Assembly (NCBI GenBank): GCA_043812975.1
Contig: JBDRLP010000032.1
Coordinates: forward strand, 1 to 25,741
Length of the DNA stretch: 25,741 nt
From: Candidatus Iainarchaeum sp.
GTDB lineage: Archaea; Iainarchaeota; Iainarchaeia; Iainarchaeales; Iainarchaeaceae
Direction: 5' to 3'
Shown: positions 1 through 8,466 of the stretch, piece after piece
Layout of the letters: each line of letters opens with the position of its first letter
Position numbering within the stretch: position 1 is the first letter of the stretch
The notes under the pieces: generated by a model
Database searches by the model: none
Told to the model about the DNA's origin: nothing
Seen by the model: only the letters and a program-made list of their open reading frames with translations
Made by a program: the position numbers and the translations under genes

Positions 1-1590
1 ATGGCACTTACAATAAAAAAACTCTCAATTAACATAGGCAAAATGGACATACTCCATGATGAGAGCATTGGAATAGCTGATGGTTACAAAGCAGGTCTTA
101 TTGGCAGAAACGGAGTAGGGAAAACCACATTACTCAAAGCAATCCTTGGAAAAATTGATTACACAGGAAGCATAGAATTCACAGGCAAAGCTGCTTACTT
201 TTCACAGCACGTTGAACTGGACATGGATAAAACAGTACAGGAAACTATTGATGAGAGTGCAACAATCCATCACCAAGGAACATTTGAACAGGAAATAAAA
301 GAAATAGAAAAAAAACTTGCAGATCCAGCACTATATGAGGGGGGCAGCAAAGAAATAACAAGAATAACAAACCGTTATTCAGAACTGCTTGCAAAAAAAG
401 CAGAGCACAATTCCCCAAAACCTGTAAATAAACTAAAACCCGTTCTGCAAAAACTCGAAATTCAGGAATCATGGCTTAATCAAAAAGTCAGCTCTCTTTC
501 CACAGGACAAAGAGCAATAATTGCACTCGCACAAATTTTATCTTCAGATGCAGATTTTCTTTTATTAGATGAGCCAACAAATCATTTGGATTTTAAGAGA
601 CTTGATATCCTTGAAAATTATTTGAAAACATTCAAAGGAACAGTACTAATGGTAACACACGACAGATATTTTCTGGATAGGGTATGCAACACAATAATAA
701 AAATAGAAAAAGGAAAACTCAAAAAATACAACGGGAATTATTCTGCTCATTTGAAAGCACGCGAAGCAACATTCGAAGCCCAACAAACAGCTTATACTCT
801 TGAAAATAAATACCTTGCAAATGAAAAAGACAAAATTGCAAGAATCGGAAAAAGCCCGTTGAAAGTCAGTCAGGGAAAATACAGAGAAAAACAACTGGGA
901 AAACGCGAAGCTGTAGAAAAACCAGATTTGGATAAATCACAATTCAAAACCCACTTTGATGCTTCTCCGATAGATTCAAACATAGTTCTGGAAATGGCAG
1001 ACTTATCTGTTGGTTACACAAAAGCATTAATTGAGAATATAAACCTGAACATAATCCCAGGACAGCGCACTGTATTAATAGGAGAAAATGGACTTGGAAA
1101 AAGCACTTTATTCAAAACAATTGAAGGAAGAATACCTCAGCTTTTCGGAGAACTGATTTTTGATTCGCGTGCAAAAATAGGCTATGCTGATCAGGAACTA
1201 AAAGATTTAACAAGCACAGCAACACTTTATGATGAAATACACGCTAAATTAAAAGACATGTCAAAAACCAGACAAAACTTATCAATGATGGGTTTTATTT
1301 CAGATGAGGAAGTGTTCAAGCCTATTTCACAATTATCAATGGGAGAAAAATCAAGACTTAACCTGCTTAAAATCCTCATTGAAAAACCAAATTTGCTTTT
1401 ATTAGATGAACCAACAAATCATTTGGATATTGACGCGCGAGAAATCATTGAAACTGCATTCCTAAATTATGACGGGGCAATTCTTGCAATATCTCACGAT
1501 AGATATTTCATAAAAAAAATAGCACACAGAATACTAAAAGCAGAAAACAAAACAATCAAAGAAATCCCATTAAAAAATTGGATGGATTAG
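1..1590 (+). CDS. ABC-F family ATP-binding cassette protein (ribosome-associated, no TM domains)
   Basis: Two ABC domains: Walker A GRNGVGKT and GENGLGKS, signatures LSTGQ and LSMGE, DEPTNHLD twice, THDRYF and SHDRYF switch motifs. Helical interdomain linker present. Confidence 0.92.
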   Translation: MALTIKKLSINIGKMDILHDESIGIADGYKAGLIGRNGVGKTTLLKAILGKIDYTGSIEFTGKAAYFSQHVELDMDKTVQETIDESATIHHQGTFEQEIKEIEKKLADPALYEGGSKEITRITNRYSELLAKKAEHNSPKPVNKLKPVLQKLEIQESWLNQKVSSLSTGQRAIIALAQILSSDADFLLLDEPTNHLDFKRLDILENYLKTFKGTVLMVTHDRYFLDRVCNTIIKIEKGKLKKYNGNYSAHLKAREATFEAQQTAYTLENKYLANEKDKIARIGKSPLKVSQGKYREKQLGKREAVEKPDLDKSQFKTHFDASPIDSNIVLEMADLSVGYTKALIENINLNIIPGQRTVLIGENGLGKSTLFKTIEGRIPQLFGELIFDSRAKIGYADQELKDLTSTATLYDEIHAKLKDMSKTRQNLSMMGFISDEEVFKPISQLSMGEKSRLNLLKILIEKPNLLLLDEPTNHLDIDAREIIETAFLNYDGAILAISHDRYFIKKIAHRILKAENKTIKEIPLKNWMD

Positions 1591-1600
1591 TTTTGTTTTT

Positions 1601-1616
1601 GTTAGGTTCGCCTGAC
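1601..1616. terminator. Small hairpin GTTAGG-TTCG-CCTGAC between convergent genes, preceded by a T-rich tract
   Basis: 6-bp stem (one G-T) with UUCG loop, following TTTTGTTTTT at 1591-1600 directly after the ABC-F stop. Confidence 0.35.
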
Positions 1617-1636
1617 GGCTTTAGATTTCAATCAGA

Positions 1637-2083
1637 CTAAACTCCGCAAACTGTTTTGATTATAGTACCGTCAGCAGCAACAGTGAAAACGTATTCATCT
1701 CTATCATCGCCAGTGACATTTTCAAAAGAAGGATATAGAACAAAGACATTATAAAAAACAGAATTAATTTTTACTGCCCTTTCAATTTCTATCCCTTGAG
1801 GAAGCGCTTTATGCGGAGCAAAAATAAAATCACTAACAACCTGCATTGCCTCGGCTTCACTTGTAACAACAGTGTTTCCTTCAAACAGAATCTGGTCAGG
1901 CCCCTCATCGCACCAGCACAAATCAGTCATACAACCAAACAAACTACAAACATCTTCCATTGAATTTACACATTCACTTTTAACAGGAGCTGATTCTATT
2001 CCGTTAAAATAAGCAGGCCTAGGTGGTTCATTACAACCTGAAAATAAAAGTATTAAAACCAATAAAAAAATCAGAAGCTTCAT
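1637..2083 (-). CDS. Putative lipoprotein, Cys-rich, unknown function
   Basis: Signal peptide with lipobox LLFSGC. Cys cluster C..C..C..CWC and a C-terminal Cys. Confidence 0.75.
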   Translation of the reverse strand: MKLLIFLLVLILLFSGCNEPPRPAYFNGIESAPVKSECVNSMEDVCSLFGCMTDLCWCDEGPDQILFEGNTVVTSEAEAMQVVSDFIFAPHKALPQGIEIERAVKINSVFYNVFVLYPSFENVTGDDRDEYVFTVAADGTIIKTVCGV

Positions 2084-2398
2084 TTACTCCCACTTCCCAA
2101 AAAAACTGTCAATGTTAAAATAATAATCAATTATTTCACCATTTTGGCACTCAACCTTGAGAACATCATACATTTTGTCCTGCGCATCATAATCAATTGT
2201 TTGCTCAAGAACTTCTTTTGGACCGCCGCTTTCAGGACATGCCTTATCAGTTAAGTAATCGTACTCCATTCCAACACCCACTTCCTCATTGTCAGCCTGA
2301 ATTACAATTGCATTCTCAATCGTAGTGCCTTTTTCAACTGGTTCGGTACAACCGCTAAAAGCAACTAACACCAAAATCACAAAAATCGCTTTTTTCAT
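2084..2398 (-). CDS. Putative lipoprotein, unknown function
   Basis: MKKAIFVILVLVAFSGC lipoprotein signal (second ATG, at 2398, preferred). Acidic mature domain ending YYFNIDSFFGKWE. Its stop abuts the next gene's start. Confidence 0.75.
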   Translation of the reverse strand: MKKAIFVILVLVAFSGCTEPVEKGTTIENAIVIQADNEEVGVGMEYDYLTDKACPESGGPKEVLEQTIDYDAQDKMYDVLKVECQNGEIIDYYFNIDSFFGKWE

Positions 2399-2436
2399 GT
2401 GCAAATATAGGTTAAATGTAATATATAATTATTATT

Positions 2437-2483
2437 AATACAAAATAATTTGCTAATGAATACAAAATAATTTGCTAATGAAT
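2437..2483. repeat. Perfect tandem duplication of 22-nt unit AATACAAAATAATTTGCTAATG
   Basis: Copies at 2437-2458 and 2459-2480 plus 3 nt of a third, in the divergent promoter region upstream of arsM. Confidence 0.9.
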
Positions 2484-2520
2484 TTAAAATAAGTTATAAT
2501 TCTAATTTCTATTGAGCAAT

Positions 2521-3243
2521 ATGACTAAGAATATTAAAAAAATAGTAAAAGAAAGTTATACTAAAATTGCAAAAGAAGAACAAGGATGCTCCTGTTCTAA
2601 TGACCGAATATCAAAATCAATAGGTTACAGTGAAGAAGAACTATCAAACGTGCCAGAAGCAAACATGGGGCTTGGTTGTGGTAATCCTACGGGTCTGGGG
2701 GAAATAAAAACAGGAGATGTTGTTCTGGATTTGGGAAGCGGAGCAGGAATTGATTGTTTTTTAGCATCAAAAAAAGTGGGAGATACCGGAAAAGTTATCG
2801 GAGTGGACATGACTGAAGAAATGATAAAGCGAGCAAAAGAAAATTCTAAAAAATATGGTTACAAAAACACCGAATTCCGATTAGGAGAAATTGAAAAACT
2901 CCCAGTAGAAGATAATTCCATTGACGTGATAATAAGCAACTGTGTGATAAATCTTTCACCAGATAAGGAAAAAGTTTTCAGAGAAGCACACAGAGTACTA
3001 AAAGAAAATGGTAAAATGTACGTTTCAGATATTGTACTATTAGAAGAACTTACCAAAGAACAAAGAGAAAATGATGAACTAATTTCCTGTTGTGTTGGAG
3101 GAGCACTCTTGAAAGAAGAATACTTAAAAAAAATTCAAAGTTCGGGGTTAAAAGCAAAAATACTCAACGAAGATAAAGAAATAAGCAAGAGACAATACAA
3201 TGGTCTTGCATTGGAAAGCTTGAAACTAGAAATTACAAAATAA
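2521..3243 (+). CDS. arsM: Arsenite S-adenosylmethionine methyltransferase
   Basis: N-terminal CSC, GLGCGNP, SAM motif [20 protein letters not shown], late CCVGGA. ATG at 2521 preferred over TTG at 2512. Confidence 0.9.
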   Translation: MTKNIKKIVKESYTKIAKEEQGCSCSNDRISKSIGYSEEELSNVPEANMGLGCGNPTGLGEIKTGDVVLDLGSGAGIDCFLASKKVGDTGKVIGVDMTEEMIKRAKENSKKYGYKNTEFRLGEIEKLPVEDNSIDVIISNCVINLSPDKEKVFREAHRVLKENGKMYVSDIVLLEELTKEQRENDELISCCVGGALLKEEYLKKIQSSGLKAKILNEDKEISKRQYNGLALESLKLEITK

Positions 3244-3369
3244 CACACATATCTGGCAATTCAACAAAAATTTAATACTTAGACAAGCTTTTTATAAAGA
3301 AACACTGCATAATTTATTAAGAAAATGAATAAATTAAAATAAATAATTGCAATCGATGGGGGCCGAGCA

Positions 3370-4077
3370 ATGTACACAGTTGAAACACTTGATTATTCTA
3401 TTGAAAGAACCAAATCATGCATACACGGATTAGACGAATTGATTCAAGGCGGATTTCCAAAAGGAAATCTTATTGTTGTTTCTGGCGGTCCGGGAACAGG
3501 AAAAACTGTTTTTTGCTGGCAATTTCTTCACGAGGGAATTAAACAGTATGATGAACCAGGAGTTTATGTGGCTTTGGAAGAACCAGACATAAACATTGTA
3601 AGAGGCGCTAAACAATTTGGCTGGGACATGCTGGAACACATAGAAAACGGAAAATTACAAATAATTAATTCTGAACTTTACGATTTTGACAGGTTAAAAG
3701 AAGCAATTGAAAACTCAATCTTCAGTATTGGTGCAAGACGTGTTGTTATAGACCCCGGAGTAATATTCAAAATGTTCTTCACTGATAAATTTGATGCAAG
3801 AAAAAGAGTAATGTCTCTTGGAAAAATGTTAAAACAAATAGGCTGCACAACAATAATTACAAGCGAAGCTGATTCAAATGGAAACGGACAAATTTGGGGA
3901 TTAGAAGAATTTTTAGCTGATGGAGTAATACAGTTACATCATACAGCAATTAATGATAAGTTTGAAAGAAAACTAGGAGTCATAAAAATGCGTGGCACTA
4001 GAATTGCTGAAGAACGAAAAAAAATGGAAATAACTGACAAAGGAATAGTTGTCAACGGGAAAAAACTTCACAAATAA
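3370..4077 (+). CDS. KaiC/RAD55-like single-domain RecA-superfamily ATPase
   Basis: GLDELIQGGFP, Walker A GGPGTGKT, YVALEE, EEFLADGVI, IKMRGT. Confidence 0.88.
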   Translation: MYTVETLDYSIERTKSCIHGLDELIQGGFPKGNLIVVSGGPGTGKTVFCWQFLHEGIKQYDEPGVYVALEEPDINIVRGAKQFGWDMLEHIENGKLQIINSELYDFDRLKEAIENSIFSIGARRVVIDPGVIFKMFFTDKFDARKRVMSLGKMLKQIGCTTIITSEADSNGNGQIWGLEEFLADGVIQLHHTAINDKFERKLGVIKMRGTRIAEERKKMEITDKGIVVNGKKLHK

Positions 4078-4140
4078 TAGAACAAACTATCAACAATCTG
4101 ACCCAATCCTATTTTATTTTCTCACAACCAATCAATAGGT

Positions 4141-4827
4141 ATGCAGGAAACACTGAATTTTGGGAAAAGTGAAAAAAAGAAAGTAAAGGAAGTTCTGGCT
4201 AATTTTGAAGAAGCTGAAACAACTAATTATTTTGAAGAAAAACGAGCAAAGCATGAAGGCTGTACAATTACCCTTTATGATTCAGGAAAATTATCAATTC
4301 AGGGAATGGCTGCTTCTAAGGTAAAAGAAGAAATTCTTTCAGCAATGGGTTTAGAACAGGAATTAATTATTGGAATAGATGAAACCGGAAGAGGAGAAAG
4401 AGACGGACCAATGGTTATTGCAGGAGTTTTGGCTGATAAAAATTCTTTAAGAGAAATGAGAGACAGTAAAAAAGTAAGCGATATTGCAGGCAAAGAAAAA
4501 ATTATTTCAGAAAAAATGTTAGGGTCGGTTATTGTTTCTTTAAATTCTGAATTAATTGATTTTGCAAGGAATAATGGAAAAAATCTGAACGAAATCGAAG
4601 CAGAAATAATTGATAATATTGCAGCAACTCTTTCTTCTTTTGGAGGAGCAAAAATAATTGCTGATGGTGCTCCTTTGAAAGTTAAAAACAAAAAAATTAA
4701 TTTCAAACCAAAAGCTGATGATTTAGAACCTGTTGTTGGTGCTGCTTCCATTATTGCAAAACACTCAAGAAACAACTCTCAGGATAAAAAAGAAAGAAAA
4801 ACTTGGAAAAGAAAAAACGACGAGTAA
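4141..4827 (+). CDS. Type 2 ribonuclease H with N-terminal TBP-like (RNase HIII/DUF3378-type) domain
   Basis: ITLYDSGKLSIQG (TBP-like repeat motif), IGIDETGRG, GPMVIAG, RDSKK, IIADG, KADD..VGAASIIAK. Confidence 0.8.
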   Translation: MQETLNFGKSEKKKVKEVLANFEEAETTNYFEEKRAKHEGCTITLYDSGKLSIQGMAASKVKEEILSAMGLEQELIIGIDETGRGERDGPMVIAGVLADKNSLREMRDSKKVSDIAGKEKIISEKMLGSVIVSLNSELIDFARNNGKNLNEIEAEIIDNIAATLSSFGGAKIIADGAPLKVKNKKINFKPKADDLEPVVGAASIIAKHSRNNSQDKKERKTWKRKNDE

Positions 4828-4831
4828 TAAT

Positions 4832-5029
4832 TTACTCGCTTATTTCTTCCCTTGAACCATCTTCATTGTACTTGTAGTTTTTATCGTCTTCTTCGTCTTT
4901 AGTTTTTGCGTGCGAACCATCACAAAATGGTTGGTTTTTACTTAAACCACACATACAAATCCATTTTGATTCTTCACCAACTTTTACTTCCATTGGCGCT
5001 TTATCTTCTTTTACAATTAATCTTGCCAT
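4832..5029 (-). CDS. CDGSH iron-sulfur domain protein
   Basis: WICMCGLSKNQPFCDGSH motif. True start MARLIV at 5029 with a GGTGAT SD upstream; the longer ORF-track start is unlikely. Confidence 0.92.
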   Translation of the reverse strand: MARLIVKEDKAPMEVKVGEESKWICMCGLSKNQPFCDGSHAKTKDEEDDKNYKYNEDGSREEISE

Positions 5030-5102
5030 TAAAAAATCACCTGAATATAATAAGGAATAAAACGATATAAATAAGCATTCCAATAATTCAAAAAGAGTAG
5101 AA

Positions 5103-5552
5103 TTAAGCTGTTGATCTGTAAACCATTTTATGCAATTGTTTTGGTGAAAGTTTTCTTGTTTTCTTTTTTCCATTGCCCTTAAAAGAACGGGATTTTATAG
5201 TCATATTTTTGTTCTGTAACTCTACAAGAATTTCTTTAATGCCGATTATTTCTGCTTCAACAGTTGAACGAAAATTATCAAGCTTTTCAACCTTTCTTTT
5301 GAAAGAAGGACTTACTCCTTTAGAAGTTGAATCCTCTAATTGCTTTTCCAAAATATAGAGCCTTTTATGAGCTAATTCAATTTTTTTTTCGAGAGGCATT
5401 AAATTAATGTTTTTCGGATGAATAATCACTGCTCCAGGTTCATCTTCTTCAACAACACTGTTTCTTGTTTTTGTTGAACCTACAAAAAACAACAAGACAT
5501 TTCCAAATACTAATGAAACTATTAATACCACTAAAAATATTGTTATCGGCAT
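5103..5552 (-). CDS. Hypothetical membrane-anchored coiled-coil protein
   Basis: N-terminal hydrophobic helix, heptad-like charged region, basic tail. Start at ATG 5552 or TTG 5570. Confidence 0.7.
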   Translation of the reverse strand: MPITIFLVVLIVSLVFGNVLLFFVGSTKTRNSVVEEDEPGAVIIHPKNINLMPLEKKIELAHKRLYILEKQLEDSTSKGVSPSFKRKVEKLDNFRSTVEAEIIGIKEILVELQNKNMTIKSRSFKGNGKKKTRKLSPKQLHKMVYRSTA

Positions 5553-5579
5553 ACTAAGAAATTGGCTCAAAAAGGTATT

Positions 5580-6335
5580 TTAAATGTTGTTGCCAAACAA
5601 AGTATTAAAATTCTTACCAGTAGCCTCTGAAACAGCTTCAAAATCAACTTTTTTGAGTTCTGCTACTTTTTCACAAACCTTCGGAATCCAAGAAGGTTGA
5701 GATTGCTCTCCATTAAAAGAAACAGGAGCATCTGTTTCAAGCAAGAGGTTTTCAAGAGGAATTTCCTTTACAATCGATGCTGAACCGGCATCATTCATTA
5801 TAATCGGGCCACAGGAAAGATAATACCCAAGAGAAACAGCCCTTACAGAGGTTTTTTTGCTGTTAGTAAACCAGTGCATAAGCACTTTTTTAGCCCCCCT
5901 TTCCTCTAAAATGTCAAGGCATTTGGTTTCAGCATACCTTGAGTGAATTACCAAAGGCCTATTGTTCTGGATTGCCAAATCTATAAAATGCCTGAATAAG
6001 TGTTCCTGAAACTCTTTCTGAATTTCGTCAGTATGCTTAAAATCAAGGCCTATTTCTCCAATAGCAGTGGCTTTTGAAAGGTTATTTTTAATTAACTCAT
6101 AAGCCTCTTTCTGTTCAATTTCACTCATTTTAAGCAGATCCGCGGGGTGTATTCCGAGAGCAATTTTTATATTTGAGAATCTTTCAGCAAGGCTGAGGTT
6201 TGCTTCAATACTTTTTTTGTTTGTAGCATTGGAAAGAACTAATTTGACATTCTCTTTTTCCGCATCCTTCATTATTTCTTCGGGGTTTTTGAACCAATCT
6301 AAATGACAATGTGAATCAACTAACAATTTACACAC
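5580..6335 (-). CDS. tatD: TatD family hydrolase/deoxyribonuclease
   Basis: DSHCHLD, GIHP, IGEIGLD, VIHSR, MHWF, LLETDAP. Confidence 0.93.
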   Translation of the reverse strand: MCKLLVDSHCHLDWFKNPEEIMKDAEKENVKLVLSNATNKKSIEANLSLAERFSNIKIALGIHPADLLKMSEIEQKEAYELIKNNLSKATAIGEIGLDFKHTDEIQKEFQEHLFRHFIDLAIQNNRPLVIHSRYAETKCLDILEERGAKKVLMHWFTNSKKTSVRAVSLGYYLSCGPIIMNDAGSASIVKEIPLENLLLETDAPVSFNGEQSQPSWIPKVCEKVAELKKVDFEAVSEATGKNFNTLFGNNI

Positions 6336-6387
6336 CTTTTATAAAATTTCTCCCACATAATCGATTAAGAACAAAAAACATATATGG

Positions 6388-7581
6388 TTGATGTCAATGC
6401 AGGAAAATGAAGAAACTAACCAGAAAACAAATCAAGAAACTAACCAGGTTACACCACCTACTAAAGAACAGTTCATGGATGCTGGTGCAAAAAAACAGGA
6501 AAAAAATACAGGGGTGCCGGTTTACTTAATGGCAATGCTTGTTCTTCTTGGACTTTTAATCGGCCTTGGAATCAATATGTTGTTTTTTCCTCAGCCTGAA
6601 ATTCCAGACCCTGGAATTAACCCTGATTTGAACAACATCAATGATACTGAATACAGATCCGTGCCAATTACAATGATTTATACGGAGGATTGTGTTTCAT
6701 GCAGAACAACAAACACAATAGAGGAACTTTTTATTGTCAGGCAAATACCTTACACTCTAAATAAAGTAGAATTTAGTTCCGCAGAAGGACAGGAACTACT
6801 AAAACAATTTGATCTTGAAACTTTACCAACCGCACTTATTGATGCCGAAAAAATAAAGTTTTATCCTTCAACTAAAACAAACTTTGATGGGGTTTTCAAG
6901 CTGCAGAATAACAAGTACATTGCGCCTGAATTAAATCTGGATAATGATTCTTATTATTCAAGTTATTATCTTGAAAAACCAGTTGAGTTTTGCAGATCCG
7001 AAAAACCATCAATAGTTCACTTTGATGATTATTATTCAGAAGAAAGCATCAACGCAAAAAACACACTCTACGCATTCATGAATGATTTTAACACAAGTGT
7101 TGATTTCAAATTCAGTTTTACACAGCTTGTTTCAAGAGATGAAAACGCAGTTATTGGAAACATTTTTCTTACATGTGCAGGAGAACAAAACCAGTATGTT
7201 GAACTTGAACAGATGATTACAGGAATTTACTGTAACAATCCTTTCAAAGGAGACGAAACAATAATCACCGTCCCTGAAATAACAGGGTGCAGAACACTAA
7301 GTGAACACTACGGAACTGCATTAAGCCAATTTGAATTAGATGTTGCCTTAGGAAGAACAAGTGTTGATATTAATTCATTCCTTAGTTGTATAGGAAATAA
7401 AGATGTTTTATTAAATAATGCAGAAAAAAATGCAGCTGACTTAGGTTTAACAAAAATTCCTCCAGGAGGAATATTCCTGCTTGATTGTGAAGAAACAACT
7501 TCTTTAACAAACCTAAAAAAAGATTTTTGTAATAAGCACCCTGAAATAGAGGCCTGTTCTGATGAAGGAACAGAACAATAG
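6388..7581 (+). CDS. Membrane-anchored extracytoplasmic thioredoxin/DsbA-like protein
   Basis: Single TM helix, YTEDCVSC (CxxC), LPTALI cis-Pro-like strand, and a second DsbA-like region with extra Cys. Confidence 0.6.
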   Translation: MMSMQENEETNQKTNQETNQVTPPTKEQFMDAGAKKQEKNTGVPVYLMAMLVLLGLLIGLGINMLFFPQPEIPDPGINPDLNNINDTEYRSVPITMIYTEDCVSCRTTNTIEELFIVRQIPYTLNKVEFSSAEGQELLKQFDLETLPTALIDAEKIKFYPSTKTNFDGVFKLQNNKYIAPELNLDNDSYYSSYYLEKPVEFCRSEKPSIVHFDDYYSEESINAKNTLYAFMNDFNTSVDFKFSFTQLVSRDENAVIGNIFLTCAGEQNQYVELEQMITGIYCNNPFKGDETIITVPEITGCRTLSEHYGTALSQFELDVALGRTSVDINSFLSCIGNKDVLLNNAEKNAADLGLTKIPPGGIFLLDCEETTSLTNLKKDFCNKHPEIEACSDEGTEQ

Positions 7582-8161
7582 TGTTTTTCTTTTCAAAGAC
7601 GAAAAATATTCCTGTCCAAAAACAGTTTATTTTCCGTCAGAGGACTCCTATTTTTTAGCAGAGAATGTTTCAGTGCCAAAAAATTCTTTTGTGATTGATT
7701 TAGGCTGTGGTTCAGGAATACAAAGTTTGAATGTGTTAATGCAAGGTGCTTCAAAAGTAATTGCAATTGATATTAATGAAGAGTGCCTTGAAACAACAAA
7801 AAATAATTGTGAACAAGCAGGTTTTGCAAAAAAAATTTTTACTTTAAAATCAAGTTTGTTTGAAAACTATTCCGGAGAAAAAGCAGATGTCATAATATTT
7901 AATCCTCCTTATGTTATTAGTGATGAAATAAAATACCTTAATCTTGATGGCGGGAAAAAAGGAAGAGAAACTCTGGACAGGTTTCTTAAACAGTTCCCAA
8001 AACACCTGGAAAAGAAAGGTGTTTGTTTTTTTCTGCAAACCGACCTCAATGGTTACAAAGAAACTGAAAAAATGTTAAAATCGACTAGGCTTAAAACCAA
8101 AATTGTTGCCAAAAAAAAGAGTTTTTTCGAAGAACTCTCTGTTTATAAATCTGAATTTTAA
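7562..8161 (+). CDS. HemK2/MTQ2-type (release factor glutamine) methyltransferase
   Basis: VYFPSEDSYFL, DLGCGSG, IFNPPY, DGGKKGRE. Confidence 0.88.
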   Translation: MKEQNNSVFLFKDEKYSCPKTVYFPSEDSYFLAENVSVPKNSFVIDLGCGSGIQSLNVLMQGASKVIAIDINEECLETTKNNCEQAGFAKKIFTLKSSLFENYSGEKADVIIFNPPYVISDEIKYLNLDGGKKGRETLDRFLKQFPKHLEKKGVCFFLQTDLNGYKETEKMLKSTRLKTKIVAKKKSFFEELSVYKSEF

Positions 8162-8164
8162 TTT

Positions 8165-8353
8165 CTAAGTCATTCCTTTGTCTCGCCTTTTCTTTTCAAG
8201 AGCTAAAAGTTTTTGAAGTGCTCTTGCTTGTGCTTTATTTCCGTTCCTCAAAGCAGCCTGATATTCAGCTAATAGATTACTTCCTGAAGATCGATTCCTT
8301 TTCCCGCTTCTCTTCCAACTAGTGGATGCTTGACGCGATGTGCCTTTTACCAT
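8165..8353 (-). CDS. Small basic hypothetical protein
   Basis: 62 aa, Arg/Lys-rich. GTGAT SD-like motif upstream. Fills the gap between neighbours. Confidence 0.55.
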   Translation of the reverse strand: MVKGTSRQASTSWKRSGKRNRSSGSNLLAEYQAALRNGNKAQARALQKLLALEKKRRDKGMT

Positions 8354-8466
8354 GAAAAATCACTTAATAGTAATACTAATAATTATGTCAAATTTAAATG
8401 TTTGTTTTATTAGTTTGCCTAAACACGAATAGTTGTTTTTAAAACGATTTATCCTGAACTTTCTTT

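Noticed and set aside
2437..2483. 22-nt repeat as CRISPR
   Set aside because: Copies are contiguous with no spacer.
3370..4077. KaiC-like gene as a circadian clock system
   Set aside because: Single-domain KaiC-like ATPases are common in archaea, and there are no kaiA/kaiB neighbours.
4299..4775. 158-aa antisense ORF and the many other 60-110 aa ORFs nested in or antisense to identified genes
   Set aside because: Shadow frames of well-supported CDSs, with F/S/L/I-rich composition and no motifs.
5030..5173. N-terminal extension of the CDGSH ORF (similarly 10408-10437, 19065-19106, 25221-25349)
   Set aside because: The extensions overlap neighbouring genes or promoters. Downstream ATGs with an SD or the family N-terminus fit better.
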